Assembly (NCBI GenBank): GCA_035288465.1
Contig: DATEAH010000007.1
Location: 66,090-130,089, forward strand
Reading direction: 5' to 3'
DNA from: Patescibacteria group bacterium
GTDB lineage: Bacteria > Patescibacteriota > UBA1384 > DATEAH01
Length of the DNA: 64,000 bases
Shown: positions 37,813 to 47,416 of the stretch, piece by piece
How the letters are laid out: each line of letters starts with the position of its first letter
Position numbering within the stretch: position 1 is the first letter of the stretch
Position numbers and translations under genes: made by a program
The notes under the pieces: model-generated
Told to the model about the DNA's origin: nothing
Databases searched by the model: none
Seen by the model: the letters and a program-made list of their open reading frames with translations, nothing else

Positions 37813-37901
37813 ATATAACATATTTTCAAAATTTGGGCTTAATTCTAGCCCATTTTTTGAATTTTGTGGTATAATAAGATTAATTTTAACACTAAAGGAG
37901 T

Positions 37902-39464
37902 TTGATGTTTTGGGTTGATGAAATTATTGAAGACATTATCAAAAAAATTCCCAAAAATGACTATTTGATTACTGATTGGACAACTCCATCCGGACACGCA
38001 CATATTGGGTCATTGCGAGGGGTGGTAATTCATGATTTGGTGCGCCAAGGATTAACTGAAAGGCAGAAAACAGTGGTTTTCCAATATGGTTTTGATGATT
38101 TTGACCCGATGGACGGCCTGCCAATATACATTGATTCATCTTGGAAAAAATATATGGGTATGCCGTTATCGAAGGTGCCGGCACCTGATGGAAAATCGGA
38201 AAGTTTTGCCGAGCAATATTTGCAGGAATTTTATTCAGCGATAAAGACCTTGGGAATTAATCCTAAAATTGTTAAAACCTCAAAGTTATATGCTGAGGGT
38301 AAATTTGATCCGGCAATAAAATTGGTTTTAGATAATGCGGACAAAATTCGCCAAATGTACAAAAAAATTTCAGGTTCTGACAAGGGTGAAAATTGGCAGC
38401 CTTTGCAAGTGGTTTGCCCAAAATGCGGCAAAATTGGAACTACCAAAGTGACGGGTTGGGATGGAAAATTAGTTAAATTTGAATGTGTTGAAAATTTAGT
38501 GGATTGGGCTGAAGGCTGTGGTTTTGAGGGTGAAATTTCACCATTTGGTGGCAAGGCGAAAATGCCTTGGAAAGTGGAATGGCCGGCGAAGTGGGCTTTA
38601 TTTGGTTCAGATATTGAAGGTGAAGGGAAAGATCATTTTGCGGCAGGCGGTTCGAGAGATATTGCCGATGAAATTTATCGAGAAGTTTTTAAAAAAACTT
38701 CGCCCTATGATATTAGGTATGAACATTTTTTGATTGGTGGGGCAAAAATGTCTTCTTCAAAAGGATTAGGAACGACCGCTAAGGAAATGGCTGATTTTTT
38801 GCCAGCGAATATTCTAAAATTTTTATTAGTTCGAACAAAATATAAAAGAACTATTGATTTTCATCCGGCGGGAGTGACAATTCCGGTTTTATTTGACGAA
38901 TATGATCGATTGGCAGCTTTACATTATCAAGATTCAAAAGCGCCCCTGGCTCGAGCTTTTTATTTTGCGCAACTTGATCCGGCGGCTCCACATGCGCAAT
39001 ATTTATTGCGTTTTTCCAAAATTGCTTATATGCTCCAAATTCCGCATTTGAATATTTTTGAATATGCGGAAAATGAAAAAGGCGCAAAATTGACTGAAAT
39101 TGAAAAGCTCGAGATTGAAAATCGGGTTCAGGTGGCGAAAAATTGGTTAGAAAAATTTGCACCCGAAGAATTTAAATTTACGATTTTAGAAAAATTACCG
39201 GAGCAGGCTCGAAATTTGAGCCAGAAACAGAGAGAATTTTTAGCCGGGGTCTTAAAATTATTAAAAGAGAAAAAAATATCAGCTGAAAAATTACATGAGC
39301 AGATTCACGAGCTTAAAAAAACTATGTCTATTGACCCCAGAGAAGCCTTCTCCGCGATTTATTTGATCTTTATCGGTAAAGATTCCGGTCCCCAAGCAGG
39401 TTGGTTTTTAACCAGCCTGGATCACGATTTCGTTATAAAAAGATTCGAAGAAGCGATAAAATAA
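37902..39464 (+). CDS. lysK: lysine--tRNA ligase, class I type
   Basis: 520 aa. HAHIGS (HIGH-like) and the KMSSSKG motif characteristic of class I LysRS. Confidence 0.85.
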   Translation: MMFWVDEIIEDIIKKIPKNDYLITDWTTPSGHAHIGSLRGVVIHDLVRQGLTERQKTVVFQYGFDDFDPMDGLPIYIDSSWKKYMGMPLSKVPAPDGKSESFAEQYLQEFYSAIKTLGINPKIVKTSKLYAEGKFDPAIKLVLDNADKIRQMYKKISGSDKGENWQPLQVVCPKCGKIGTTKVTGWDGKLVKFECVENLVDWAEGCGFEGEISPFGGKAKMPWKVEWPAKWALFGSDIEGEGKDHFAAGGSRDIADEIYREVFKKTSPYDIRYEHFLIGGAKMSSSKGLGTTAKEMADFLPANILKFLLVRTKYKRTIDFHPAGVTIPVLFDEYDRLAALHYQDSKAPLARAFYFAQLDPAAPHAQYLLRFSKIAYMLQIPHLNIFEYAENEKGAKLTEIEKLEIENRVQVAKNWLEKFAPEEFKFTILEKLPEQARNLSQKQREFLAGVLKLLKEKKISAEKLHEQIHELKKTMSIDPREAFSAIYLIFIGKDSGPQAGWFLTSLDHDFVIKRFEEAIK

Positions 39465-39474
39465 AGGGAGTAAA

Positions 39475-40704
39475 ATGTTGGACATAAAATTTATTAGAGA
39501 CAATTTAGAAACAGTCAAAAAAGCTACCACGGATAAAGGTTATGAGGTGGATTTTGAGAAATTATTAAAAATTGATGATGAGCGGAAAAGATTATTGGTG
39601 GAAACCGAAGAATCGCGAGCGCAGAAAAATCAGCTCAAAAAAGAAGATGCTGAGAAGGGTCGGGAAATTAAGGAAACTCTAAAAAAATTAGATCCAAAAC
39701 TGGCGGAAATTGAAAAAGAATTTATGGAATTAATGTATAAAGTTCCAAATCCGGCCTTAAAAGACGTCAAAGTTGGCAAAGATGAAAAAGATAATGAAAT
39801 TATTAAAAAAGAAGGTAAAATTGAATTGAAAAAAGGCCGAGACCATTTAGAAATTGGCAAAGCTTTAGATTTAATTGATGTTGAAGCTGGCGCAAAAGCT
39901 TCGGGTTCGCGATTTGCATATTTAAAAAATCAAGCCGCGCAATTAGAATTAGCCTTAATTAATTTTGCGATGGAGATTTTGGTCAAAGAAGGATTTGCGC
40001 CAATAATCCCGCCGCAGATGTTAAAAACTCCAGTGGCAAGAGCGACTGGTTATTATGAAAGTGGCGAAGATGATTCTTTCCATTTGAAAGATGAAGATTT
40101 GGTGATGATTGGCACGTCAGAGCATTCAATTTTGGCATATCATAAAGAGACGATTTTTCGCGAAAAAGATTTGCCAAAACGATATGCCGGTTTTTCGACT
40201 TGTTTTCGTCGGGAAGCTGGTTCTTACGGTAAAGATGTCAAAGGGATTTTACGCGTACATCAATTTGATAAAGTGGAGATGGTCTCATTTGTAAAACCGG
40301 AAGAGTCGGAAAAAGAACTTCAATATTTATTATCTTTGGAAAAAGAAATTGTTCAGGCTCTAAAATTACCATATCAGGTGGTCAAAATGTGCACGGGTGA
40401 TTTAGGACGACCCGCCGCTACCAAATATGATTTGGAAACTTGGATGCCTGGTCAGGAAAAATATCGGGAAACTCATTCAGTTTCAAACTGCACTGATTTT
40501 CAGGCTCGCCGTTTAAATATCAAATATGCCACTGCCGAAGGTGTGAAAAAATATCCACATATTTTGAATGGGACCGCGGTGGCAATTGGCAGAATGATTA
40601 TTGCGATTTTGGAAAATTACCAACAAAAAGACGGCACTGTTTTGGTGCCGGCAGTGCTCCAAAAATATTGCGGTTTTAAAAAAATTGAAAAGCCCAAATC
40701 TTAA
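39475..40704 (+). CDS. serS: serine--tRNA ligase
   Basis: 409 aa. N-terminal coiled-coil arm. Class II motifs FRREAGSYGKDVKGILRVHQFDKVE and GTAVAIGRMIIAILE. Confidence 0.9.
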   Translation: MLDIKFIRDNLETVKKATTDKGYEVDFEKLLKIDDERKRLLVETEESRAQKNQLKKEDAEKGREIKETLKKLDPKLAEIEKEFMELMYKVPNPALKDVKVGKDEKDNEIIKKEGKIELKKGRDHLEIGKALDLIDVEAGAKASGSRFAYLKNQAAQLELALINFAMEILVKEGFAPIIPPQMLKTPVARATGYYESGEDDSFHLKDEDLVMIGTSEHSILAYHKETIFREKDLPKRYAGFSTCFRREAGSYGKDVKGILRVHQFDKVEMVSFVKPEESEKELQYLLSLEKEIVQALKLPYQVVKMCTGDLGRPAATKYDLETWMPGQEKYRETHSVSNCTDFQARRLNIKYATAEGVKKYPHILNGTAVAIGRMIIAILENYQQKDGTVLVPAVLQKYCGFKKIEKPKS

Positions 40705-40989
40705 TTAGGCAGCTCTTTTTTCCTCTTCTTCAACATCTTTTGCGGTTTTAGTAAAGTCTTCATTGGCGGTTCTCAGGAAAGGGCGATCATTTTTCAAATC
40801 AGATTCAGTGTCGGGTTTTGGTTGTTGAATTCTGGCATCTTTAGCTTTTCTGGCTTTTTCAAAAGCTGCTTTAGCTGATTGTCTAATTTCTTCTGGGCTT
40901 TTTGCCTCAGGATCTAATCCAGTTTTAGCTTCATCGATTGATTCTTGTCTAGATCCTACTTCTTCAGGTCCAGCTTCAATATTTTGCAT
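40705..40989 (-). CDS. hypothetical small acidic protein
   Basis: 94 aa, low complexity, K/E-rich. Convergent with serS. Confidence 0.35.
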   Translation of the reverse strand: MQNIEAGPEEVGSRQESIDEAKTGLDPEAKSPEEIRQSAKAAFEKARKAKDARIQQPKPDTESDLKNDRPFLRTANEDFTKTAKDVEEEEKRAA

Positions 40990-41097
40990 TTTTTCCTCCT
41001 TATTTAAATATACTTTTTGAAGATAGGTTTGTCAAAACAATCTTGAATGGTGGTGGTATTTTTGGTATAATAAAAAACACTAGCAAAAGGAGCAAAA

Positions 41098-41411
41098 TGA
41101 GATTAATAATTAGAGGCAAGGGACAATTTAAAGTTCCGGCAGATTTGGCAGAATATGCCAAAGAGAAAATTTTAAAATACGAAAAAAGACTGCCTAAAAG
41201 TTCGATATTGGAATTAGAATTAGAAGACAATAATGGCCAAAAAGGGGGTTTAGACAAAATTTGCCAATTAATAATGGTGATTCCTCATGAAAAAAATCCC
41301 ATTCATTATTGTGAACGGTCAGAAAGCTTCCGAAAATCCATAGATTTAGTCTTGGAAAAATTAGAACGAGAAGTCGAAGAATACAAAGAAAAAAGAAAGC
41401 CATACTTCTAG
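41098..41411 (+). CDS. hpf: ribosome hibernation promoting factor (HPF/RaiA family); the start is taken at the RBS-supported MRLIIRG
   Basis: RBS aaaggagc precedes the ATG at 41098. Beta-alpha-beta-beta-beta-alpha pattern with the C-terminal KSIDLVLEKLEREVEEYKEK typical of HPF. Confidence 0.75.
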
Positions 41412-41414
41412 ATT

Positions 41415-41482
41415 CTTTGTGGGGGTGATGGTGGCACGATAGAGCCTAAGTCTATCGAGCTGACTAATTCCCACAAGGAGTG
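41415..41482 (+). promoter_or_regulatory. structured 5' leader: nested hairpins (ttgtggg/cccacaa outer, cgataga-gcctaag-tctatcg inner) that abut the RBS
   Basis: The 3' arm of the outer stem overlaps the first 2 nt of the SD aaggagtg of the downstream small gene. Confidence 0.35.
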
Positions 41483-41490
41483 AATCGTGG

Positions 41491-41844
41491 ATGAGGCGAA
41501 CTGCTAGGACAAAGAGAAAGTTTGGTGATCCGAATTACCGTTTTTTATACTTTGACAAAAGTCGGGAATGTCGAGAAGCGAAAAGATTTATCGAAGCATT
41601 GGGCGTCGCTTATCATCTGCTTAATATCGCTGGCTATAAATCAGATCAGAAAGTACCATTTGTAATGGATTCGCGAGGCAACTCATGGCAAGGCTTAGAA
41701 GCGATAAAGACATATTGGGTTGCTTGGGCGTTGTCCGGCGATATTTCTACTGATGAAGAACAAATTATTCGGCAAAGAGCTAATGAACTTTTGCGGATTG
41801 ATCGAATCGCTGAAAACTATTTTAGCACCATCCTGGAAATTTAA
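41491..41844 (+). CDS. small hypothetical protein, paralog 1 of a tandem pair
   Basis: 117 aa. Shares GDPNYRFLYFD / GNPNYRTLHRD and (A/M)LGVAY / LGIAYE blocks with the next gene. Possible thioredoxin-like fold without CxxC (KVPFV cis-Pro-like segment). Confidence 0.45.
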   Translation: MRRTARTKRKFGDPNYRFLYFDKSRECREAKRFIEALGVAYHLLNIAGYKSDQKVPFVMDSRGNSWQGLEAIKTYWVAWALSGDISTDEEQIIRQRANELLRIDRIAENYFSTILEI

Positions 41845-41873
41845 GTTAAAACCCAAAAGGGGTTGCATCGAGA

Positions 41874-42215
41874 ATGACAACAGCGGCAAAAAGGGCAGTA
41901 AGGATTGGAAACCCTAATTATCGTACTTTGCATAGAGACGGCAGTGAGGAAAGCCGCAAAACAGAAGAATTTATGGACGATTTGGGAATAGCCTATGAAA
42001 TTTGCGAATGCACTGGCAATTGTCCTTATGAAACACTGCCGTGTATTAGTTCAAAATTTGCATCCGGCGTCTATTGCGGTTTTCATACTATTATCACCAA
42101 TTGGCAGTCTTGGACTGAAGGCGATGATATTTCTGACGAAGATAAACAAATCTTGGCAGAAAATGCCCGTTTCTTAATGGCTACCTGCCAGTTCTTAGCA
42201 ACCATAACATCTTGA
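41874..42215 (+). CDS. small hypothetical protein, paralog 2 of a tandem pair
   Basis: 113 aa. Homologous to the upstream ORF. Both have a C-terminal acidic block (GDISTDEEQI / DDISDEDKQI). Confidence 0.45.
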   Translation: MTTAAKRAVRIGNPNYRTLHRDGSEESRKTEEFMDDLGIAYEICECTGNCPYETLPCISSKFASGVYCGFHTIITNWQSWTEGDDISDEDKQILAENARFLMATCQFLATITS

Positions 42216-42270
42216 ACCTACTTTTAAAAAACATCATTCGGCACTTGTGAAAACAAAGGAGTGAAGCCAT

Positions 42271-42510
42271 ATGGATGCAAGCCTGATTCCAATCATGCGG
42301 ACCGCAATTATTCACCGAAGAGGACGATTAATTCAAAAGCTAAGGGAGCTTCGTCAGCGATTAGACCAATTAAATTTGAAGTTTCCTTCTACTCGAGATT
42401 ATCGACACGATAATAATGAGGAGCCAGATTTATATCAGGGTTTTCTTCTGAGGGCATTTAATAAGGGTTGTCGAGATCGCCAACAATTTCTTTTTCGATT
42501 CTATTATTAG
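42271..42510 (+). CDS. small basic hypothetical protein
   Basis: 79 aa. RBS aaggagtg. Arg-rich helix. Ends just before a strong terminator. Confidence 0.3.
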   Translation: MDASLIPIMRTAIIHRRGRLIQKLRELRQRLDQLNLKFPSTRDYRHDNNEEPDLYQGFLLRAFNKGCRDRQQFLFRFYY

Positions 42511-42511
42511 T

Positions 42512-42567
42512 CCGAAGGGACAAACCTATTCTATTTTCCTACCAACCTTTTCCCTTCGGCTTTTTTT
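42512..42567 (+). terminator. intrinsic terminator: 9-bp stem ccgaaggga/tcccttcgg plus a T7 run
   Basis: Perfect 9-bp stem with a 30-nt loop, followed by ctttttttat. Confidence 0.6.
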
Positions 42568-42773
42568 ATGGCATCGCTTGCAAGGCGAAGCCGCAGCCCC
42601 GAAGGGGTAGTACAAGCACGCAACAAGTTTAGGTATTAATATGAAAAATCTGTGAGATAAAATTAACAGAAAGTGAACAAATTATATTATAGCGAAAACT
42701 TATGGTAAAATAGAAGTATCAAGTCAAGATATATTTGACTAAATTTAATAATATATATAATAGGAAATATAAA

Positions 42774-45512
42774 ATGGCATTTCTACAGTTTTTAGTCGGA
42801 GACCAAAACAAAAAAGAAATTAATCGCTTAGAAAAAATCGTGGTTGAAATTAATGCTTTGGAATCTGAAACTGAAAAATGCTCCAACCCTGAGCTTAAAA
42901 AAGAAACTCAAAAATTAAAAGATGAAATTGCCGAATTTCAAAAAACTCACCAATTACCCTTGGGAAGTTTGGCTGAACTAGATAAAACCGAAGTTAAAAG
43001 AATTCAAAAAAAAGAACAAGAAATATTAAACCAAATTTTACCAAAAGCGGCCGCCTTGGTTCGAGAAGCGGCCAAAAGAACTATCAAACAACGGCATTTT
43101 GATGTTCAGTTAATAGGTGGGATAGTTTTGCATACTGGGAAAGTCGCAGAAATGAAAACTGGTGAAGGAAAAACTTTGGCGGCGACTATGCCTCTCTTTT
43201 TGAATGCCTTAGCGGGACATGGGGCGCATTTGGTGACCGTGAATGATTTTTTGGCCAAAAGAGACGCCCAATGGATGGGCCCAATTTATCATTTATTGGG
43301 ATTATCAGTGGCCTGTATCCAACACGAAAAATCATATTTATTCGAACTGACTTCTGACAAAGTGGAATTTGGGGAAGAATTTAACCTTAAAGCCTGCACC
43401 CGTCGGGAAGCCTACGCGGCAGATATTACCTATGGCACTAATAATGAATTTGGCTTTGATTATTTAAGAGATAATATGGTTTCTAATATGTCTCAATGCG
43501 TGCAACGGGAACTTTATTTTGGAATTGTGGATGAGGTAGACTCAATTTTAATCGATGAAGCCCGCACACCTTTAATTATTTCTGCACCAGCAGAAGAATC
43601 AACGGAATTATATCAGCGTTTTGCTCGTTTTGTGCCAAGCCTTAATAAAGAAACGGATTATAGCGTTGATGAAAAAATGCAATCAGTGATGTTAACTGAT
43701 GAAGGCATGAAAAAAACCGAGCGTTTTTTGGGCGTGAAAAACCTTTACCAAGAAGGTGGAGTAATGTTGGTTCACCATCTGGAAGAAGCCTTAAAAGCTC
43801 ACGTTTTATTTAAAAAAGACAAAGATTATGTGGTTAAAGAAGGCGAAATTGTGATTGTTGATCAATTTACGGGCCGTTTGATGCCGGGTCGTCGCTATTC
43901 TGAAGGTTTACACCAGGCGATTGAGGCTAAAGAAAATGTGGAAATTAAGAGAGAGTCTGTGACCTTGGCGACAATTTCGTTTCAAAATTATTTTAGAATG
44001 TATGGCAAGTTGGCAGGAATGACTGGTACCGCCAAAACCGAAGAAGAGGAATTTTTCAAAATTTATGGTTTAGAGGTGATCGTGGTGCCAGCGAATAAAC
44101 CGATGGTTCGTGCTGACTTAGCAGATCGAATATATCGGACCGAAGAAGGTAAATTTCAAGCGGTGGTTGAGGAAATTCGTCAACGCCATGAAAAAGGTCA
44201 GCCAGTTTTGGTGGGAACAATTGCGATTGAAAAATCAGAAGTCTTATCGCAAATGTTACGGCGCGAAGGAGTTAAGCATAATGTTTTAAATGCCAAATTT
44301 CACGAAAAAGAAGCTAAAATTATTGCCCAGGCGGGTCGGGTTGGAGCGGTGACAGTGGCAACTAATATGGCGGGTCGTGGTGTGGATATTATTTTAGGCG
44401 GAAGTCCTGCCGAACCTGCAGAACAAAAGAAAGTGTGCAAGGCAGGCGGTTTGCATGTTTTGGGAACTGAACGTCACGAGGCGCGCCGAATCGATAATCA
44501 GTTGAGAGGTCGATCTGGTCGGCAGGGCGATCCGGGATCATCGCAATTTTATGTTTCTATGGAAGATGATTTGATGAGAATTTTTGGCGGGGATCGCATT
44601 AAAAGAATTATGGAAGTCTTAAAAGTACCCGAAGACCAACCCGTGGAAAATAAATTAATTTCCAGATCATTAGAATCATCTCAAAAACGAGTCGAAGGCT
44701 ATAACTTTGATTTGCGCAAACATTTGGTTGAATATGATGATGTGATGAATAAGCATCGGGAAACGATATATCGCCTTCGCAAAAAAATCTTAACTCATCA
44801 GGATTTGCGATCGGAAATTTTAGAAATCGTGGTCGAATATTTTCGACGCTTAGCCCAAATGCATGGGGCTGGCAATAAGGAAGTTTGGAATTTAGAGGAA
44901 ATTGTTAAAAACTTAAAAGCGGTATTAGGTGTAAATTATTCAGATGATGTTGAAAAGCATCTTTTAAAACTTGAGACCGAAGCACAAATTGAAGATTATT
45001 TGGTTAAATTAGCGGGAATTATTTTTGAGGAAAAAGAAAAATCTCTAACTCCAGAAGTGATGCGTCAAGTCGAAAAAGCAATCTATTTGCGAACTATTGA
45101 TGCCCTGTGGATAGAACATTTAACCAATATGGAGGAGTTGCGTGAAGGAATTGGCTTGCGCGGAATTGGACAACGCGATCCTCTTGTCGAATACAAGCGA
45201 GAAGCTTATAATATGTTTGAGGGTTTATTAGCAGATATTGAAACAAATGCGATAAATATGATTTTTAGGACCGAGGTGGAAGCAGCTCCGCAAAATTTAA
45301 GCGAAAGACCGGCTCGTCAAATGACAATGAGCGGCGCGAGCGAAACGGCGGCAGCGGGAACTTTTTCAGGATATAACCAAGAAAGCATGATGGAAAAAGA
45401 AGCGGCAACTCGATCTGAAACTGTTGTCAAATCTGAAAAAGTTGGTCGCAATGATCCTTGTCCGTGTAATTCTGGCAAAAAATACAAAAAATGTCATGGC
45501 CGCTTTGCTTAA
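42774..45512 (+). CDS. secA: preprotein translocase ATPase SecA
   Basis: About 912 aa from MAFLQF. DEAD-like motor (GEGKTL, VDEVDSILIDEARTPLIIS, ATNMAGRGVDI). C-terminal zinc motif CPCNSGKKYKKCHG. Confidence 0.95.
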   Translation: MAFLQFLVGDQNKKEINRLEKIVVEINALESETEKCSNPELKKETQKLKDEIAEFQKTHQLPLGSLAELDKTEVKRIQKKEQEILNQILPKAAALVREAAKRTIKQRHFDVQLIGGIVLHTGKVAEMKTGEGKTLAATMPLFLNALAGHGAHLVTVNDFLAKRDAQWMGPIYHLLGLSVACIQHEKSYLFELTSDKVEFGEEFNLKACTRREAYAADITYGTNNEFGFDYLRDNMVSNMSQCVQRELYFGIVDEVDSILIDEARTPLIISAPAEESTELYQRFARFVPSLNKETDYSVDEKMQSVMLTDEGMKKTERFLGVKNLYQEGGVMLVHHLEEALKAHVLFKKDKDYVVKEGEIVIVDQFTGRLMPGRRYSEGLHQAIEAKENVEIKRESVTLATISFQNYFRMYGKLAGMTGTAKTEEEEFFKIYGLEVIVVPANKPMVRADLADRIYRTEEGKFQAVVEEIRQRHEKGQPVLVGTIAIEKSEVLSQMLRREGVKHNVLNAKFHEKEAKIIAQAGRVGAVTVATNMAGRGVDIILGGSPAEPAEQKKVCKAGGLHVLGTERHEARRIDNQLRGRSGRQGDPGSSQFYVSMEDDLMRIFGGDRIKRIMEVLKVPEDQPVENKLISRSLESSQKRVEGYNFDLRKHLVEYDDVMNKHRETIYRLRKKILTHQDLRSEILEIVVEYFRRLAQMHGAGNKEVWNLEEIVKNLKAVLGVNYSDDVEKHLLKLETEAQIEDYLVKLAGIIFEEKEKSLTPEVMRQVEKAIYLRTIDALWIEHLTNMEELREGIGLRGIGQRDPLVEYKREAYNMFEGLLADIETNAINMIFRTEVEAAPQNLSERPARQMTMSGASETAAAGTFSGYNQESMMEKEAATRSETVVKSEKVGRNDPCPCNSGKKYKKCHGRFA

Positions 45513-45540
45513 TTTGCATAAAATGAAATTATAAGGAGGT

Positions 45541-46227
45541 TTGTTGATCGAATTTAGACACGTCTCAAAAATATACAAAAGTGATAAAAAGGCTTTGGAT
45601 GACGTGTCTTTTAAGATTCCCAAAAAAGAATTTGTATGTTTGGTGGGACCGTCTGGAGCAGGCAAGTCAACCTTAATCAAAATGCTAATTTGTGACGAGA
45701 AACCAAGTTCGGGAAAAATTTTAATCGGCGGATTTAATATCACGAATTTGAAACCGGCGGAAATCCCCTATTTTCGTCGTAAAATTGGCGTTGTTTTTCA
45801 AGACTATAAATTACTTTCCGATAAAAATGTTTTTGAAAATATCGCTTTTGCGCTTGAAGTTTGCGGCGCATCCGACGCGGAAATTCGTAAAAAAGTTCCC
45901 CGAGCCTTAAAATTGGTAGGGTTAGAAAAATGTCTTCAAAATTTTCCTGATGAATTATCTGGTGGCGAAAAGCAACGCGTTTCAATCGCAAGAGCTTTAA
46001 TCCACAGCCCAAAATTACTCATTGCTGATGAGCCGACCGGAAATTTAGACCCCAAAACTGCCTGGGAAATTATTAAATTGCTTTTAAGAATTAATGAATT
46101 TCAAGGGACAATAATTCTATTAGCTACCCATCATAAAGAAATCGTGGATCGTTTAAAAAAACGGGTGATCACTGTCAAAAATGGTAAATTAGTTTCTGAT
46201 CAACAAGAAGGTAAATACATAATATAG
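45541..46227 (+). CDS. ftsE: cell division ATP-binding protein FtsE
   Basis: 228 aa. Walker A GPSGAGKST, ABC signature LSGGEKQRVSIARAL, Walker B LLIADEPTGNLD. TTG start. Confidence 0.9.
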   Translation: MLIEFRHVSKIYKSDKKALDDVSFKIPKKEFVCLVGPSGAGKSTLIKMLICDEKPSSGKILIGGFNITNLKPAEIPYFRRKIGVVFQDYKLLSDKNVFENIAFALEVCGASDAEIRKKVPRALKLVGLEKCLQNFPDELSGGEKQRVSIARALIHSPKLLIADEPTGNLDPKTAWEIIKLLLRINEFQGTIILLATHHKEIVDRLKKRVITVKNGKLVSDQQEGKYII

Positions 46228-46273
46228 CGACTAAATTTTTTAATTTTAATAAATTTGAATTAGAGGATAAAAA

Positions 46274-47209
46274 ATGCAACAAGTGACTGGAACTACGGCT
46301 CTTTCGAGAGTTTTCAAGTGGAGTATTTTGAGTTTTTGGCGAAACCGCTTATTGTCAATTGCGGCCACCCTAGTAATGACTCTAACGCTTTTGACGATTT
46401 CATTATTTGTAATTTTGAATTTAATTATTGGTACGACTGTTGACGTGGTACAACATAAAATTGACCTGGTGGTGTATTTAACTGAATCTGCGACCGAGGC
46501 AGATATTACAAATCTTAAAACTCAAGTAGAACAAATGCCTGAAGTTGCCTCAGTAAATTATATTGATAAAGCTCAAGCTTTGGCAAAGTGGCAATCAAAA
46601 GAAATAAAAGATGAGCTAAAAAATATTGCTACCACCGCTGACAACCCTTTGCCTCGCAGTTTGGAAATTAAAGTCAAAGATTTAACCAAACTTGAACAAA
46701 CCGCCACCTTTTTTGAATCCGCAGAAGTTAAACCTTTGGTGGATAAAACCACCATGCACGAGAATCGGGCGACGATTAATCGATTATTAAAAACTACCCG
46801 TTTCTTTCGCATTAGCGGGATAATTTTTTCAGCATTTTTCGTTTTAATTTCTTTATTGGTTATTTTTAACACGATTCGTTTAGCAATATATAGCCGTCGC
46901 GACGAGATTGACATTATGAAATTAGTGGGCGCCACCAGCTCGGCGATTCGTTGGCCTTTTATAGTTGAAGGGATGTTTTATGGATTATTGGCAACAGTAA
47001 TATCGGTGATTTTGCTCTTTGTGGGTTTTAGATTTTTATCACCAGTAGTAAATAAATATTTAGGCGAGTTAATGACTGAATGGGGTGGCAGTTTGATGAA
47101 TTATTTTATTGCTAATTTGTGGCAAATTATTTTATGGCAATTATTGGTGGGATTCGCGATTGGCGCCGCTTGCAGTTTCTTGGCAATCAGAAAACACCTT
47201 AAAGTGTAG
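46274..47209 (+). CDS. ftsX: cell division permease FtsX
   Basis: 311 aa. N-terminal TM, periplasmic domain and a C-terminal 3-TM FtsX domain. Follows ftsE. Confidence 0.8.
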   Translation: MQQVTGTTALSRVFKWSILSFWRNRLLSIAATLVMTLTLLTISLFVILNLIIGTTVDVVQHKIDLVVYLTESATEADITNLKTQVEQMPEVASVNYIDKAQALAKWQSKEIKDELKNIATTADNPLPRSLEIKVKDLTKLEQTATFFESAEVKPLVDKTTMHENRATINRLLKTTRFFRISGIIFSAFFVLISLLVIFNTIRLAIYSRRDEIDIMKLVGATSSAIRWPFIVEGMFYGLLATVISVILLFVGFRFLSPVVNKYLGELMTEWGGSLMNYFIANLWQIILWQLLVGFAIGAACSFLAIRKHLKV

Positions 47210-47295
47210 AGAGGTGAGACAGAGATTTGAGACAAAGACTTGGGGAAGGAGGGCTTGAAATATTTTTATAAATTTGGTATAATAGATATTAAAGA

Positions 47296-47405
47296 AAATC
47301 ATAAATCCTAAATCCGAAATTCTAAACAAATTACAATTCCAAAATTATAAATCACAAACAGGTATTGTTTAGAGTTTAGTGCTTAGAAATTAGAATTTAT
47401 AAATA
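47296..47405. repeat. AT-rich intergenic inverted-repeat element, copy D
   Basis: aaatcataaatcctaaatccgaaattctaaacaaat ... caaacaggtattgtttagagtttagtgcttagaaattagaattt. The 29-mer is identical to copy C. The arms are imperfect reverse complements. Confidence 0.55.
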
Positions 47406-47416
47406 TTGAGGGGCAA

